From positions 512,001 to 576,000 of the forward strand of contig OZ244070.1 of the NCBI GenBank assembly GCA_965215605.1: a stretch of 64,000 nucleotides of DNA. The letters are read 5' to 3'. The translations under genes and the position numbers were made by a program. The DNA comes from an uncultured Candidatus Binatia bacterium (GTDB lineage Bacteria; Desulfobacterota; Binatia; UBA9968; JAJDTQ01). The notes beneath the pieces were generated by a model. The model searched no databases, was not told where the DNA came from, and saw nothing but the letters and a program-made list of their open reading frames with translations. Shown piece after piece: positions 26,569 to 36,266 of this stretch (the first letter of the stretch is position 1; each line of letters starts with the position of its first letter).

Positions 26569-28874
26569 TTGTCCAGCATGCCCAGGAAAATCTTCTCCGC
26601 GGTCACGGGCAGGTCCTTGATGCGCACGCCGACGGCGTCGTCCACGGCGTTGGCGATGGAGGGCGCCACCGGGATGAGGGAGGTCTCGCCGATGCCCTTG
26701 GCGCCGAAGGGGCCGTTCTTGTGCGGCACCTCCACGGCGATGGGCGTGATCACGTCGGGCATGTCGCCCAAGGCCGGCAGCACGTAGTCCACGAGATTGG
26801 GATTCACCAGGACCCCGTTGTCCCATACCATTTGCTCGAACAGCGCCTGGCCCAGGCCGGTGATGGCCCCGCCCACGAGCTGCTGCTGGCAGCCCAACGG
26901 CGTGATCACCCGGCCCACGTCCACCGCGGTGGCGTGCTTCAGCACCCGCAACCGGCCGGTGTCCTTGTCGATCTCCACTTCGCTGCCGCCCGCGCCCACG
27001 AACCAGAAGGACGAAGTGGTCTTGTCGCCGGTGTCCGGGTCCACCGTGCTGGTCTTCACCTCGCCCCGGCCCACCAGCGTGCCCCCCTGCATGCCGAAGT
27101 GGTTGAACAGCACCTCGCGGATATCCAGGGCGTTCTCCCGGAAAAGGACCTTGCCGCCCTCCATGCGCGTCTCCTCGAACGGCACCCCGTGCTCCTCGGA
27201 GACGAACCTGCGGAGCTGCTCGCACAGGTCCAGGGACGCCAGCTCCAGCGCCTTGCCCATGTGGAAGGTGGAGCGGCTCGACGAGGTGGTGAGATCGTAG
27301 GGCACCACGTCCGTGTCCACTCCCAGCACCGACACCTGGTCCAGGGAGATCCCCAGGGTGTCCGCCACGATGGCGGCCATGGCCGTGTCCGAGCCCTGGC
27401 CCATCTCCACCGTGCTGGTGAACACGTTGACGCTGCCGTCCTCGTTGAGCTTGATGGCGGCGCACGAGATGGAGGGCGTGATGGTGGCCTTGATGAGCGC
27501 CGCCAGACCCCGGCCGCGCACCTTGGAAGGATCCTCCGACTCCGCCATGGGCTCGCCCCACTTCATCTCCTGGGCGACCTTCTCCAGGCAACCCTTGACG
27601 CCGATGCTCCGGAGCTTCTCGCCGGTGACGAACTCGTCTCCCTCGTCGTAGATGTTCTGCATCCGCAACTCGTACGGGTCCCGGCCCAGCGCCTTGGCGA
27701 TGATGTCCGTCTGGGATTCGCTGGCCCAGGCCGACTGGGACACGCCGAAGCCCCGGAACGCGCCCGCCGGCGGCTTGTTGGTGTAGACGGACTTTGCGTC
27801 GATCTTGACGTGGCTGAACTTGTAGGGCCCGGCCGCGGTGTAGGCCGACTTCTTGGCCACCCGGGGGCCGATCTCCGCGAACGCGCCCGTGTCCAGGAAA
27901 ACCTCCGCCTCCCGCGCATGGAAGGTGCCGTCAGCCTTGACCCCGGTCTTCATGCGGATGAACGCGGCGTGCTTGGTGACCGTGTAGAAGACCTCTTCCC
28001 GGCTCAGCAGGATGCGCACCGGACGCTTGGCCTTCTGGGCCAGGGCCATGGTCAGGGGCTCGATCTTGGGATAGACCTTGCTGCCGTAGCCGCCGCCGAG
28101 ATACGGCACCATGATGCGGATCTTCGACACCGGCATCTTGAAGATGTTGGCGAGTTGGGTGCGCACCACGAAGGGGTTCTGGGTCGTGGACCACAGGTTC
28201 ACGCGCCCGTCGGGCTGGAACGCCGCAATGCAGCCGTGGGGCTCCAGCGCCACGTGCTGGGTGGTAGGCAGGATGAAGGTGTCCTCGAAAACGTGGGCGC
28301 ATTCGGCGAACCCCTGCTCGATATCCCCCTTGCGCAGCTTGAAGTGGGTGCAGACGTTGGTGTTCTCGATGGGCTTCAACTCCGCCAGATCGGCGAAGCC
28401 GTGCTCCGGTATGCGCACGGTCTCGTGCACCAGCGTGGCGTCCTCCTTCACCGAGTCGCGCACGTCCATCACCGGCGGCAGATCCTCGTACTCCACCACG
28501 ATGAGGTTCGCCGCCTCCTCCGCGGCCTCCCGGGTCTCCGCCGCCACCGCGGCCACGGGGTCCCCCACGTGCCGGACCTTGTCCGCCGCCACGATGGTCT
28601 GGTCCTTGAACACCGGGCCGTAGTAGGGCTCGATGCCGGTGCCCTGGACCACGTCGTCCTTGGTGTAGACCGCCACCACCCCCGGCACCTTGAGCGCCTC
28701 GGACGCGTCCACGTAGCGGACCCACGCGTGGGCCACCGGGCTGCGAAGGACGACGCCCTCCAGAACCCCCGGCATCTTCATGTCCGCCAGGTACGCGGCG
28801 CGGCCCGTGAGCTTGGCCTGGTAGTCCAGACGCTGTCCGTCCCGCGCGCTCTGCGGCCTCTCGCTTATCGCCAT
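26565..28874 (-). CDS. Xanthine dehydrogenase family molybdopterin-binding (large) subunit
   Basis: LRSPVAHA, LEPH, STTQNP, GGGYGSK, GAFRGFG, EMGQG, GAKGIGE. Start ATG 28874 after GGAGG. Confidence 0.95.
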   Translation of the reverse strand: MAISERPQSARDGQRLDYQAKLTGRAAYLADMKMPGVLEGVVLRSPVAHAWVRYVDASEALKVPGVVAVYTKDDVVQGTGIEPYYGPVFKDQTIVAADKVRHVGDPVAAVAAETREAAEEAANLIVVEYEDLPPVMDVRDSVKEDATLVHETVRIPEHGFADLAELKPIENTNVCTHFKLRKGDIEQGFAECAHVFEDTFILPTTQHVALEPHGCIAAFQPDGRVNLWSTTQNPFVVRTQLANIFKMPVSKIRIMVPYLGGGYGSKVYPKIEPLTMALAQKAKRPVRILLSREEVFYTVTKHAAFIRMKTGVKADGTFHAREAEVFLDTGAFAEIGPRVAKKSAYTAAGPYKFSHVKIDAKSVYTNKPPAGAFRGFGVSQSAWASESQTDIIAKALGRDPYELRMQNIYDEGDEFVTGEKLRSIGVKGCLEKVAQEMKWGEPMAESEDPSKVRGRGLAALIKATITPSISCAAIKLNEDGSVNVFTSTVEMGQGSDTAMAAIVADTLGISLDQVSVLGVDTDVVPYDLTTSSSRSTFHMGKALELASLDLCEQLRRFVSEEHGVPFEETRMEGGKVLFRENALDIREVLFNHFGMQGGTLVGRGEVKTSTVDPDTGDKTTSSFWFVGAGGSEVEIDKDTGRLRVLKHATAVDVGRVITPLGCQQQLVGGAITGLGQALFEQMVWDNGVLVNPNLVDYVLPALGDMPDVITPIAVEVPHKNGPFGAKGIGETSLIPVAPSIANAVDDAVGVRIKDLPVTAEKIFLGMLDK

Positions 28875-28917
28875 GACACGCTCCTCCGGAACATCGCGCG
28901 ATGCCCGGGTCAATCTG

Positions 28918-29379
28918 CTATGTCCGGGCCACGCTCCGGATGGCCTGCATGATCTCCTGGTAGCAGCCGCAGCGGCAGAAGCTGCCGCCCATGTAGCTCT
29001 TGATCTGTTCGTCGTCCGGGTGGGGGTTCGCGTCCAGCATGGCCTTGGCCGTGAGCAGGAACCCCGAGGTGCAATAGCCGCACTGCAACGCCCCGAACTT
29101 CATGAACGACTCCTGCACCGGGTGCAGCCGGTCACCTTCGGCCAGGCCCTCCACGGTGGTGACCTTGCGGCCGTCCGCGTCCACCGCGAGCACCGAGCAG
29201 GCGCTCACCGGTTTGCCGTCCACCAGCAGCGTGCAGGCGCCGCACACCTGGATGTCGCAGCCCAGCTTGGCGCCGGTGAGGTCCAACTCTTCCCGGACCA
29301 CGTCGAGCAGCGTGCGCCACGGCTCCACCTCCACCTGGCAAGACGCCCCATTGACCTCCATGGTGATGGACTTCTTCAT
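28918..29379 (-). CDS. Mo-hydroxylase 2Fe-2S (small) subunit
   Basis: GAKLGCDIQVCGACT, QCGYCTSG, CRCGCY. Real start ATG 29379 lies inside a longer track ORF. Confidence 0.95.
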   Translation of the reverse strand: MKKSITMEVNGASCQVEVEPWRTLLDVVREELDLTGAKLGCDIQVCGACTLLVDGKPVSACSVLAVDADGRKVTTVEGLAEGDRLHPVQESFMKFGALQCGYCTSGFLLTAKAMLDANPHPDDEQIKSYMGGSFCRCGCYQEIMQAIRSVART

Positions 29380-29384
29380 ACCGC

Positions 29385-30251
29385 CTACCCCCTGGTGGCC
29401 TGTTCGTGAACCTTGCGGGCGAGACGCCGCACCAGCGCCGCCACCATCTCGCGCTTGTAGCGCTCCGAGCCGCGGAGATCGTCCATCGGGTCGCACTCTT
29501 CCGCGGCGGCCCGGGCGGCCTGCCGGAGATTGTCGTCGTTCAGCCGCTGGCCCTCCAACGCCGCCTCGGCCTTGCGCGCCCGCATGGGCGTGGGCGCCAC
29601 GCAGCCCAGGCCGATACGGACATCGCGGCAGTTCTCCTCCTGCACCGACATCCGCACCGCCACGCCGATGCAGGGCTTGTCCACCACCGAACTGCTGGAG
29701 AACCGGACATAGTCGATGGCGCTGCGGGCCGGCAGCGGAGGGATCACCACGTGCGTCAACACCTCGTCTTCCTGCAACCGGGTCTCGTAGTAGTCCACGA
29801 AGACGTCTTCCAGCGGCAGGGTGCGCCCGCCCGAAGTGTTGGCGATGCGCACCGTCGCGTCCAGCGTGATGAAGACGCAGGGCAGGTCGGTCAACGGCTC
29901 TCCCGAGGCGATGTTGCCGCCCACCGTGGCCATGTTCCGGACCCGGATGTTGGCCACGTCGTGCTCCAGCTCGCACAGCACCGGAAGCCGTCGCGCCAGC
30001 ACGTCCGATGTTTCGATGTCATGGTGCGTCACCAAGGCGCCGATGACCAAGTCCTCACCGGACTCCTCGATGCGCCGCAACTCGTCGATCTTCTTGATGT
30101 TGATCAGCGCGTCCGGCTGCAGGAAACCCTGCTTGAGCAGGATGGTGAGGGAGCTGCCGCCGGCGAACACGCGCGCGTTGCCACCGTACTGCTTGAGCAG
30201 CCCGCAGGCTTCGTCCACGGTGCCGGGTTCCAGGTATTCGAAGTGTTTCAT
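29385..30251 (-). CDS. Mo-hydroxylase FAD-binding (medium) subunit
   Basis: FEYLEP, AGGSSL, IGALVTH, VRNMATVGGN, DDLRGSERYK. Confidence 0.95.
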   Translation of the reverse strand: MKHFEYLEPGTVDEACGLLKQYGGNARVFAGGSSLTILLKQGFLQPDALINIKKIDELRRIEESGEDLVIGALVTHHDIETSDVLARRLPVLCELEHDVANIRVRNMATVGGNIASGEPLTDLPCVFITLDATVRIANTSGGRTLPLEDVFVDYYETRLQEDEVLTHVVIPPLPARSAIDYVRFSSSSVVDKPCIGVAVRMSVQEENCRDVRIGLGCVAPTPMRARKAEAALEGQRLNDDNLRQAARAAAEECDPMDDLRGSERYKREMVAALVRRLARKVHEQATRG

Positions 30252-30313
30252 GATTGCCGGGAAACGTGGTTAATGGCCTCGGGTTTCACGGGCTGCCGGC
30301 CCGCACCGGGTCT

Positions 30314-30365
30314 CTGGTGTCGTATCCCGCAAATTATCGCAGGAATTTGCGGGACAGGACACTAG
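30314..30365. repeat. 52-bp palindromic element with CTAG/CTGG ends
   Basis: 22-nt arms match at 19/22 positions, with an inner perfect 11-bp stem TCCCGCAAATT/AATTTGCGGGA. Confidence 0.7.
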
Positions 30366-31708
30366 ATATAGTCCACCTTGTCGACGCCGGGCACCTGGAC
30401 CTTGCGGTAGTACTCGTTGTCGTTGAGCGGCATGGTGGCGTCGACTCCCCACACGGCGGTGGTGCGCGGCGCCGGCGCCGAGGGGTCGAGCGTCGACATC
30501 GCCAGGTTGGGAACGATGATGATGTCCTTGTCCGGCTGCACCCGCGTGTTGACGGCCCATTCCACGTCCACCGGATCGTGCACGTCGATGTCCTCGTCCA
30601 CCACCACCACGCGCTTGAAGCCCGAGCCCGTGGCCAGCAGCGCCAGGATGACGTTGCGCGCCTCGGCGTCGTGCCGCTTGCGCATGGACACCACGGCATG
30701 GTGCCGGAAGGTGCCGCCGGCGGTGACGCTGCAGTCCTTGACCTCCGGGGTGATGGCCGACACCGTGCGGTAGACCAGCGCCGCGTTGGCGCACTCGATG
30801 AGGGTGTGGTTCTCGGTCACCGGCATACCCGTGAGGCAAGTCTCGTAGATGGGGCTCTGCCGCATGGTGATGGCGGTGACCTGGATCACCGGCGCCTGCT
30901 TGCTCTCGCTGTATGTGCCCGGGTACTCGCCGTAGGGGCCGTCCGACACCCGCTCTCCGGGGATCGTCACGCCCTCGATCACCACTTCGGCGTGGGCCGG
31001 AACGTCCACGTCGATGGTGTCGCACTTGGTCAACTGCACCGGCGCCCCCCGCAAACCGCCGGCCACGGCGAACTCGTCGACGCCATACGGCACCCGCGAC
31101 TGGGAGCCGATGATGATGGCGGGATCCACGCCGATGGCCGTGGCCACCTCCAGTCCCTGGCCCCGATCCTCGGCCTTGAGGATCATGCGGCCCAAGTGAT
31201 GGTCCGGCGGCGCCCACAAGGACAGCTTGTCCTTGCCCAGCCGCAGCATGCGGTGAATGGATACGTTGGGAATCCGGGTGTCGGGATCCTTGCCGATCTG
31301 CACGCCGATGGTGACGTAAGCGCCGCAGTCCTTTTCCGAGTGCACGCAGATGGGAAGCTTGTCGAGGTCGATGTCGTCGCCGGTCCAGCGCACATCCTTG
31401 ACCGGACCGGTGGGCACCATCTCGGAAGGAATGTGCTTGTCTTCCAGCGACAGATAGCGCTCCAGCAGCTTGTCCTCGGTGACCCCCAGGCCTAGCGCCA
31501 CCAGCCGCCGGGTCGCGTACAACGCCCCGAGCACGCGCCAGTCGGGATGGCCCTTGACGTTGTTGAACAGGAGCGCGGGACCGCCGACATCCGAGCTCTT
31601 GCGGATGCCGGCGGCGACCTCGAAGCGCGTGTCCACCTCCCGGTTCACCTCCAGCAACTGGCCCTCGCGCTCCAGCACGTCAAGGAATTCTCTCAGGTCT
31701 TGATGCAA
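30362..31708 (-). CDS. UbiD family prFMN-dependent (de)carboxylase
   Basis: DLREFL, GPALLFNNVKG, NVSIHR, AEVVIEG, DGPYGEYPGTY, VVVVDEDIDVHD, WAVNTR, GVDAT. Start TTG 31708 after GGGAG. Confidence 0.94.
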   Translation of the reverse strand: MHQDLREFLDVLEREGQLLEVNREVDTRFEVAAGIRKSSDVGGPALLFNNVKGHPDWRVLGALYATRRLVALGLGVTEDKLLERYLSLEDKHIPSEMVPTGPVKDVRWTGDDIDLDKLPICVHSEKDCGAYVTIGVQIGKDPDTRIPNVSIHRMLRLGKDKLSLWAPPDHHLGRMILKAEDRGQGLEVATAIGVDPAIIIGSQSRVPYGVDEFAVAGGLRGAPVQLTKCDTIDVDVPAHAEVVIEGVTIPGERVSDGPYGEYPGTYSESKQAPVIQVTAITMRQSPIYETCLTGMPVTENHTLIECANAALVYRTVSAITPEVKDCSVTAGGTFRHHAVVSMRKRHDAEARNVILALLATGSGFKRVVVVDEDIDVHDPVDVEWAVNTRVQPDKDIIIVPNLAMSTLDPSAPAPRTTAVWGVDATMPLNDNEYYRKVQVPGVDKVDYI

Positions 31709-31778
31709 TGCAGGTCTCCCGTATCCATGGGTGTAGGCAAAACGTCTAATTACCAAAAGGCATATGGGGAGTCTACCG

Positions 31779-31807
31779 TTGACACCACGGCCCCTTGAGG
31801 GTAGGCA
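31779..31807 (+). promoter_or_regulatory. Putative sigma70 promoter of the ABC ATPase, near-leaderless
   Basis: TTGACA-17 nt-TAGGCA, 8 nt before ATG 31816. Confidence 0.4.
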
Positions 31808-31815
31808 CAAGGCGC

Positions 31816-32931
31816 ATGATCACCATCCGGGAACTGCGTAAGGAGTTCATCGTCACCGACGGCAAGGTGGCGGCCCTCAAGCGCCTGGACCTCGACGTGG
31901 ACGAGGGAGAGTTTTTCGTCATCGTTGGCGCCAGCGGCTCGGGCAAGACCACGCTGCTGCGCTGCGTGGCGGGGCTGGAGACCCCCAACGGCGGCGAGAT
32001 CCGCATCGCCGACCGCACCGTGTTCGGGGACGACCCGCCGGTGTGTGTGCCGCCCCAGGACCGGAACTTCGGCATGGTGTTCCAGTCCTACGCCGTGTGG
32101 CCGCACCTGACGGTGTTCGACAACGTGGCCCTGCCGCTCCGGGAGGGAGCCCAGAAGATCCCCCGCCAGCAGGTCGACGACCGGGTGCGGAACGCGCTCC
32201 ACATGGTGCAGCTCGACGAGCAGACCGATCGCCCTTCCACGCTCCTGAGCGGCGGCCAGCAGCAACGGGTGGCGCTGGCCCGGGCCATCGCCGTGAACCC
32301 CAAGGTGCTGCTCATGGACGAGCCCTTGAGCAACCTGGACGCACGCCTGCGCGAGGACGTGCGCGGCCGCATCCGCGACCTGGCCAAGCAACTCGGCGCC
32401 ACCGTCCTCTACGTCACCCACGACCAGATCGAAGCCATGGCCATGGCCGACAAGATCGCCCTCATGAGCCTGGGCGAGTTGTTACAGTACGGCAGCCCCA
32501 CGGACCTTTACCGCAGCCCCAACTGCACCGAGGTGGCCGAGTTCTTCGGCTCCGTGAACTGGCTCCCGGGCCGGCGCGTGGAGGACAACCTCGTGGAGAC
32601 CCGCATCGGCCGCTTCCGCCCGTCGAGCGACGCCGATCCCGGCGCGGACGTGTTCGTCGGCTTCAGGCCCGAATGCATCCAGTACGCCGAGCCGTCAGAG
32701 GAAGAGGGCGACAACACCTTCGCGGCGCGCCTGACCTCCAGCATTTTCCTCGGCGACCAGTTCGTCTACGACGCCACCGCCGGCGACATTCCGCTCACCG
32801 GCAAGAGCCGCGCGGTGCCCACGACCCAAGGGGACATGCTCTCGCTCCGCGTGGCCCCCGAGGACGTCATGGTGTTTGCGGCTGACGAGAAGAACACGGC
32901 CTTCGTGGACTCGGTGGGCAAGCAGGGCTAG
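31816..32931 (+). CDS. ABC ATP-binding protein (FbpC/PotA-like, TOBE domain)
   Basis: GASGSGKT, VFQSYAVWPH, LSGGQQQR, DEPLSNLD, YVTHD. Confidence 0.95.
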   Translation: MITIRELRKEFIVTDGKVAALKRLDLDVDEGEFFVIVGASGSGKTTLLRCVAGLETPNGGEIRIADRTVFGDDPPVCVPPQDRNFGMVFQSYAVWPHLTVFDNVALPLREGAQKIPRQQVDDRVRNALHMVQLDEQTDRPSTLLSGGQQQRVALARAIAVNPKVLLMDEPLSNLDARLREDVRGRIRDLAKQLGATVLYVTHDQIEAMAMADKIALMSLGELLQYGSPTDLYRSPNCTEVAEFFGSVNWLPGRRVEDNLVETRIGRFRPSSDADPGADVFVGFRPECIQYAEPSEEEGDNTFAARLTSSIFLGDQFVYDATAGDIPLTGKSRAVPTTQGDMLSLRVAPEDVMVFAADEKNTAFVDSVGKQG

Positions 32932-33040
32932 CCTTGGTGCCGGCTCTCCGCCACTGACCACGCCGACCGGGCCGCCACCCCTTCCAGCGCGTACAGGTCC
33001 TCCAGCGTTGGTCAAGTCTTGATTCGACAAGGGACAATTA

Positions 33041-33058
33041 GACAAGTCATGACTTGTC
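33041..33058. promoter_or_regulatory. Perfect 18-bp palindrome, candidate operator
   Basis: GACAAGTCATGACTTGTC in an AT-richer part of the intergenic gap. Confidence 0.55.
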
Positions 33059-33203
33059 GTAAATCCGGACCGGGCCCGGCGGAGCTGGCTTGGCGGCGGG
33101 TGAGCCCGAACCCGTACACGTCACCCGGCATGCGCTTGCAACGGCCTGGAAAATGGTACAAGGGTAGTCGGTGCCCCTAACTCAAACCCGAGGAGGAAAA
33201 CCG

Positions 33204-34310
33204 ATGCTCGATCTCAAGCGCAGAACCAGGTGGACCGTGACTCTGTGCACGGCCTTGTGTTCCCTGTTCCTGGCGGGAGCGGTCTTCGCGGCCGACGCGC
33301 CCAAGACCCTCAAGGAGCTGGTGGAGGGCGCGAAGAAGGAGACCACCCTCCGGGCCATGTGGTCTTCCCGCAGCCTCGACGGCAGCAAGGGCTTTTCGCA
33401 ACTGGTCGCCGCCATGAACAAGAAGTACGGCACCAACATCAAGCCGCAGTTCACGCCCGGTCCCAGCATGACCAAGATGATCGGCCGCCTCACCCGGGAA
33501 AAGAAGGCGGGCCAGCCGGCCAGCACCGACGTCCTTTGGAACAACTCGGGCGGCATGTTGAAGTCCAGCCAGACAGGATTGACGCGGTCCATGAACTGGA
33601 TGGCCTATCTGGACCGCCCCATGATAAAGGACGAGGGTTTCGATCCTCTGGCTCCGAAGGGCGTCGGACTGGCGTCGGCGTCCACCCTGGTGGGCATCAT
33701 GTACAACAGCGACATCGTCAAGGGCGACGACATCCCCAAGAGCATGAACGACGTCCTCCATCCCAAGTGGAAAGGCAAGATCGCTTCCACGCCCTATGCC
33801 GCCGGGCTGCGTGAGTTCGCCACCCCCACCCTGCTGGGGAGGGAAGTGATGATCGACTACGCCAAGAAGCTGTCCAAGCATGTCGGCGGCCTCATCCGGT
33901 GCGGCACGGTGGACCGCCTCACCAGCGGCGAGTTCGCCATGCTGGTGTTCAGTTGCGGCGACCAGTACGTGAACCAGGCCAAGCGCGACGGGCTGCCCCT
34001 GGGCTACTCGGTGGTGAACGAGGCGGTGGTGTCGCACACGCGCTACGGCGCCGTCCCGGTGCACTCCTCCGCGCCCAACGCCGCGGCCCTGTTCGTTGCC
34101 TACCTGCACACCAAGGAAGGACAGAAATGGATGTGGGAGGTCAACGGCTTCGACTTCCATCTCTATCCGGAGTCCCACGAACGGAAGATTCTGGCGGACG
34201 CCCGCGCCCGCGGCGCCAAGGTGGTGGTCAACTCGCCGCAGTGGCTGGGAAGCCAGAAGGACTACCGGAAGACCCGAAAAGAGATAGAGAAGATCCTGCA
34301 GGCCAAGTAG
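33204..34310 (+). CDS. ABC extracellular solute-binding protein (AfuA/FbpA-like fold)
   Basis: Signal peptide; LVEGAKKE, MYNSD, DVLHPKWKGKI, APNAAALF. ATG 33204 after GAGGAGG. Confidence 0.88.
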   Translation: MLDLKRRTRWTVTLCTALCSLFLAGAVFAADAPKTLKELVEGAKKETTLRAMWSSRSLDGSKGFSQLVAAMNKKYGTNIKPQFTPGPSMTKMIGRLTREKKAGQPASTDVLWNNSGGMLKSSQTGLTRSMNWMAYLDRPMIKDEGFDPLAPKGVGLASASTLVGIMYNSDIVKGDDIPKSMNDVLHPKWKGKIASTPYAAGLREFATPTLLGREVMIDYAKKLSKHVGGLIRCGTVDRLTSGEFAMLVFSCGDQYVNQAKRDGLPLGYSVVNEAVVSHTRYGAVPVHSSAPNAAALFVAYLHTKEGQKWMWEVNGFDFHLYPESHERKILADARARGAKVVVNSPQWLGSQKDYRKTRKEIEKILQAK

Positions 34311-34334
34311 AGATCATTCCCGCAAACACCGACC

Positions 34335-34360
34335 GGGGCCGCCGCCGTGGCGGCGGCCCC
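34335..34360 (+). terminator. GC hairpin after binding-protein gene (mRNA stabiliser)
   Basis: GGGGCCGCCGC-CGTG-GCGGCGGCCCC. Confidence 0.5.
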
Positions 34361-34454
34361 ATTCACCCACGGACAGGCCCCGGAAATCCCCGGTCGGGCA
34401 CCTCCGAGCACCGACCCCGCACCGGGGCCGTGAGCCTCAAAACGCGGCGTCCCT

Positions 34455-36194
34455 ATGGAAGCAGTCCTGAGACGACCCCTGCTCCGCGCGCTCCGCCCCA
34501 AGACATCGCCCTGGATGCTGGGGTTGGCCGTCGTGCCCATGTTCGTGATCGCGGTGCTGGTGGCCGTGCTGGTGTGGATCAGCTTCCAGACCGGCATGTT
34601 GGGAACGGCGGACGCCACCTACACGATCCGCAACTACTACGAGATCCTGGCCGATCCGTTCGTCGCCGAGGTCACCTACAACACCCTGATCTTTACCGTG
34701 GCCACGACGGTGGTGGCGCTGGCCATCGGCCTGCCCATCGCCTGGCTTACCGAACGCACCACCCTGCCCTACAAGGGGCTGGTCTACACCATCATGACCC
34801 TGGGCCTGCTGATTCCGGGCATCTACACCGCCATGGGGTGGACCTTCCTGGCGCACCAGCGCATCGGCTTCCTGAACCGCTGGCTGGTGAGCCTGTTCGG
34901 CCTGGAAGGAGGGCCCATCAACATCGCGACCCCGGTAGGCATGGGCTTCGTCCAGGGCCTCAGCCTGGCGGCGCTGGCGTTCATCCTCACCGCCCAGATG
35001 TTCCGGGCCATGAACCCGTCCCTGGAGGAGGCCGCCAAGATCCACGGCATGGGCTTCTTCGCCACCATGCGCCGGGTCACCCTGCCGCTGGCCTTCCCGG
35101 CCATTCTCGCCGCGGTCATCTACATGGCCACCATCGCCATCGCCACGTTCGACATCCCGGCCATCATCGGGCTCGGCAACCGCGTCTACATGCTCAGCAC
35201 CTTCGTCTACCTAAAGACCAATCCCGGCGACGACGAGTTCCCGGAGCACGGCATCACCGCGGCCCTGGGAGTGCTGATGATCGGCGTCGCGGTTCTGCTC
35301 ACCTGGTGGTACAGCTCGGTGCTGCGCCAGGGGCATCGCTACGAGGTGGTGACCGGCAAGGGCTACCGGCCCACCTTGATCGACTTGGGCAACTGGGGAC
35401 TGGTGGGCTGGGGCTTCATCGGGCTCTATATCCTGGCCTCGAAGCTGGTCCCGCTGCTGCTGATCGCGTACGTGGCCATGACCCCGTACCTGGCGCCGCC
35501 GTCATGGGCCATGCTCAACCGGGTCTCCTTTGCGGCGTTCTACAAAGTCGATTGGAGCCTCGTCTGGCGCGGCCTGGAGAACACCGCGCTGCTGGTGGCC
35601 GTGGTGCCGACGGTAACGCTGGTGGTGGCCTTCGCCATTTCCTGGCTCATCGTGCGCTCGGCCTCGCGCTACCGTTACGCCCTGGAGTTCGGGGCCTTCC
35701 TCCCTCACGCCCTGCCCGAGGTGATCCTGGCCATCGCCGCGCTGCTGGTGTCGCTGTTCGTGCTCAAGAACTTCATTCCGCTGTACGGCTCGGTCTGGCT
35801 GATCGCCATCGTCTACATGGTCTCACGGCTGGCCTTCGCCACCCGTGCGCTCAACAGCTCCCTGCTGCAGATTCACAAGGAGCTCGAAGAGGCCGCCTAT
35901 ACCGCGGGACTGTCCGCGGTGCGCACCTCCTGGCGGATCCTGGTGCCGCTGCTGCGCCCGACCATCCTGTCGGTGTGGATCTGGTCCGCCATCCTGGTGT
36001 ACCGGGAGCTCACGGTGGCGGTGTTCCTCATCAGCCACGACAACATCACCCTCCCGGCCGTCATCTGGAGCTACTGGTTCTCCGGCGCCACCAACCTGGC
36101 GGCAGCCGTCACCTTGGTGCTCACCGCGGTGCTGACACCGTTGATCCTCGTGTTCTGGTGGTTCGGCCGGCGCTCGCTCATGCCGGAATCGTGA
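34455..36194 (+). CDS. ABC permease with two fused TM domains (FbpB-like)
   Basis: Two EAA loops: MNPSLEEAAKIHG and IHKELEEAAYTAG. Confidence 0.93.
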   Translation: MEAVLRRPLLRALRPKTSPWMLGLAVVPMFVIAVLVAVLVWISFQTGMLGTADATYTIRNYYEILADPFVAEVTYNTLIFTVATTVVALAIGLPIAWLTERTTLPYKGLVYTIMTLGLLIPGIYTAMGWTFLAHQRIGFLNRWLVSLFGLEGGPINIATPVGMGFVQGLSLAALAFILTAQMFRAMNPSLEEAAKIHGMGFFATMRRVTLPLAFPAILAAVIYMATIAIATFDIPAIIGLGNRVYMLSTFVYLKTNPGDDEFPEHGITAALGVLMIGVAVLLTWWYSSVLRQGHRYEVVTGKGYRPTLIDLGNWGLVGWGFIGLYILASKLVPLLLIAYVAMTPYLAPPSWAMLNRVSFAAFYKVDWSLVWRGLENTALLVAVVPTVTLVVAFAISWLIVRSASRYRYALEFGAFLPHALPEVILAIAALLVSLFVLKNFIPLYGSVWLIAIVYMVSRLAFATRALNSSLLQIHKELEEAAYTAGLSAVRTSWRILVPLLRPTILSVWIWSAILVYRELTVAVFLISHDNITLPAVIWSYWFSGATNLAAAVTLVLTAVLTPLILVFWWFGRRSLMPES

Positions 36195-36266
36195 AACCGC
36201 GTCGGCTGTCGAAACCCGCAGCACGATCACAACTTGTGCGGCCCGGACTTGCCTGAGGAAGCGAAA

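Noticed and set aside
26565-30251. Aerobic CO dehydrogenase coxMSL
   Set aside because: Gene order fits, but the active-site loop is AFRGFG rather than AYxCSFR or AYxGAGR.
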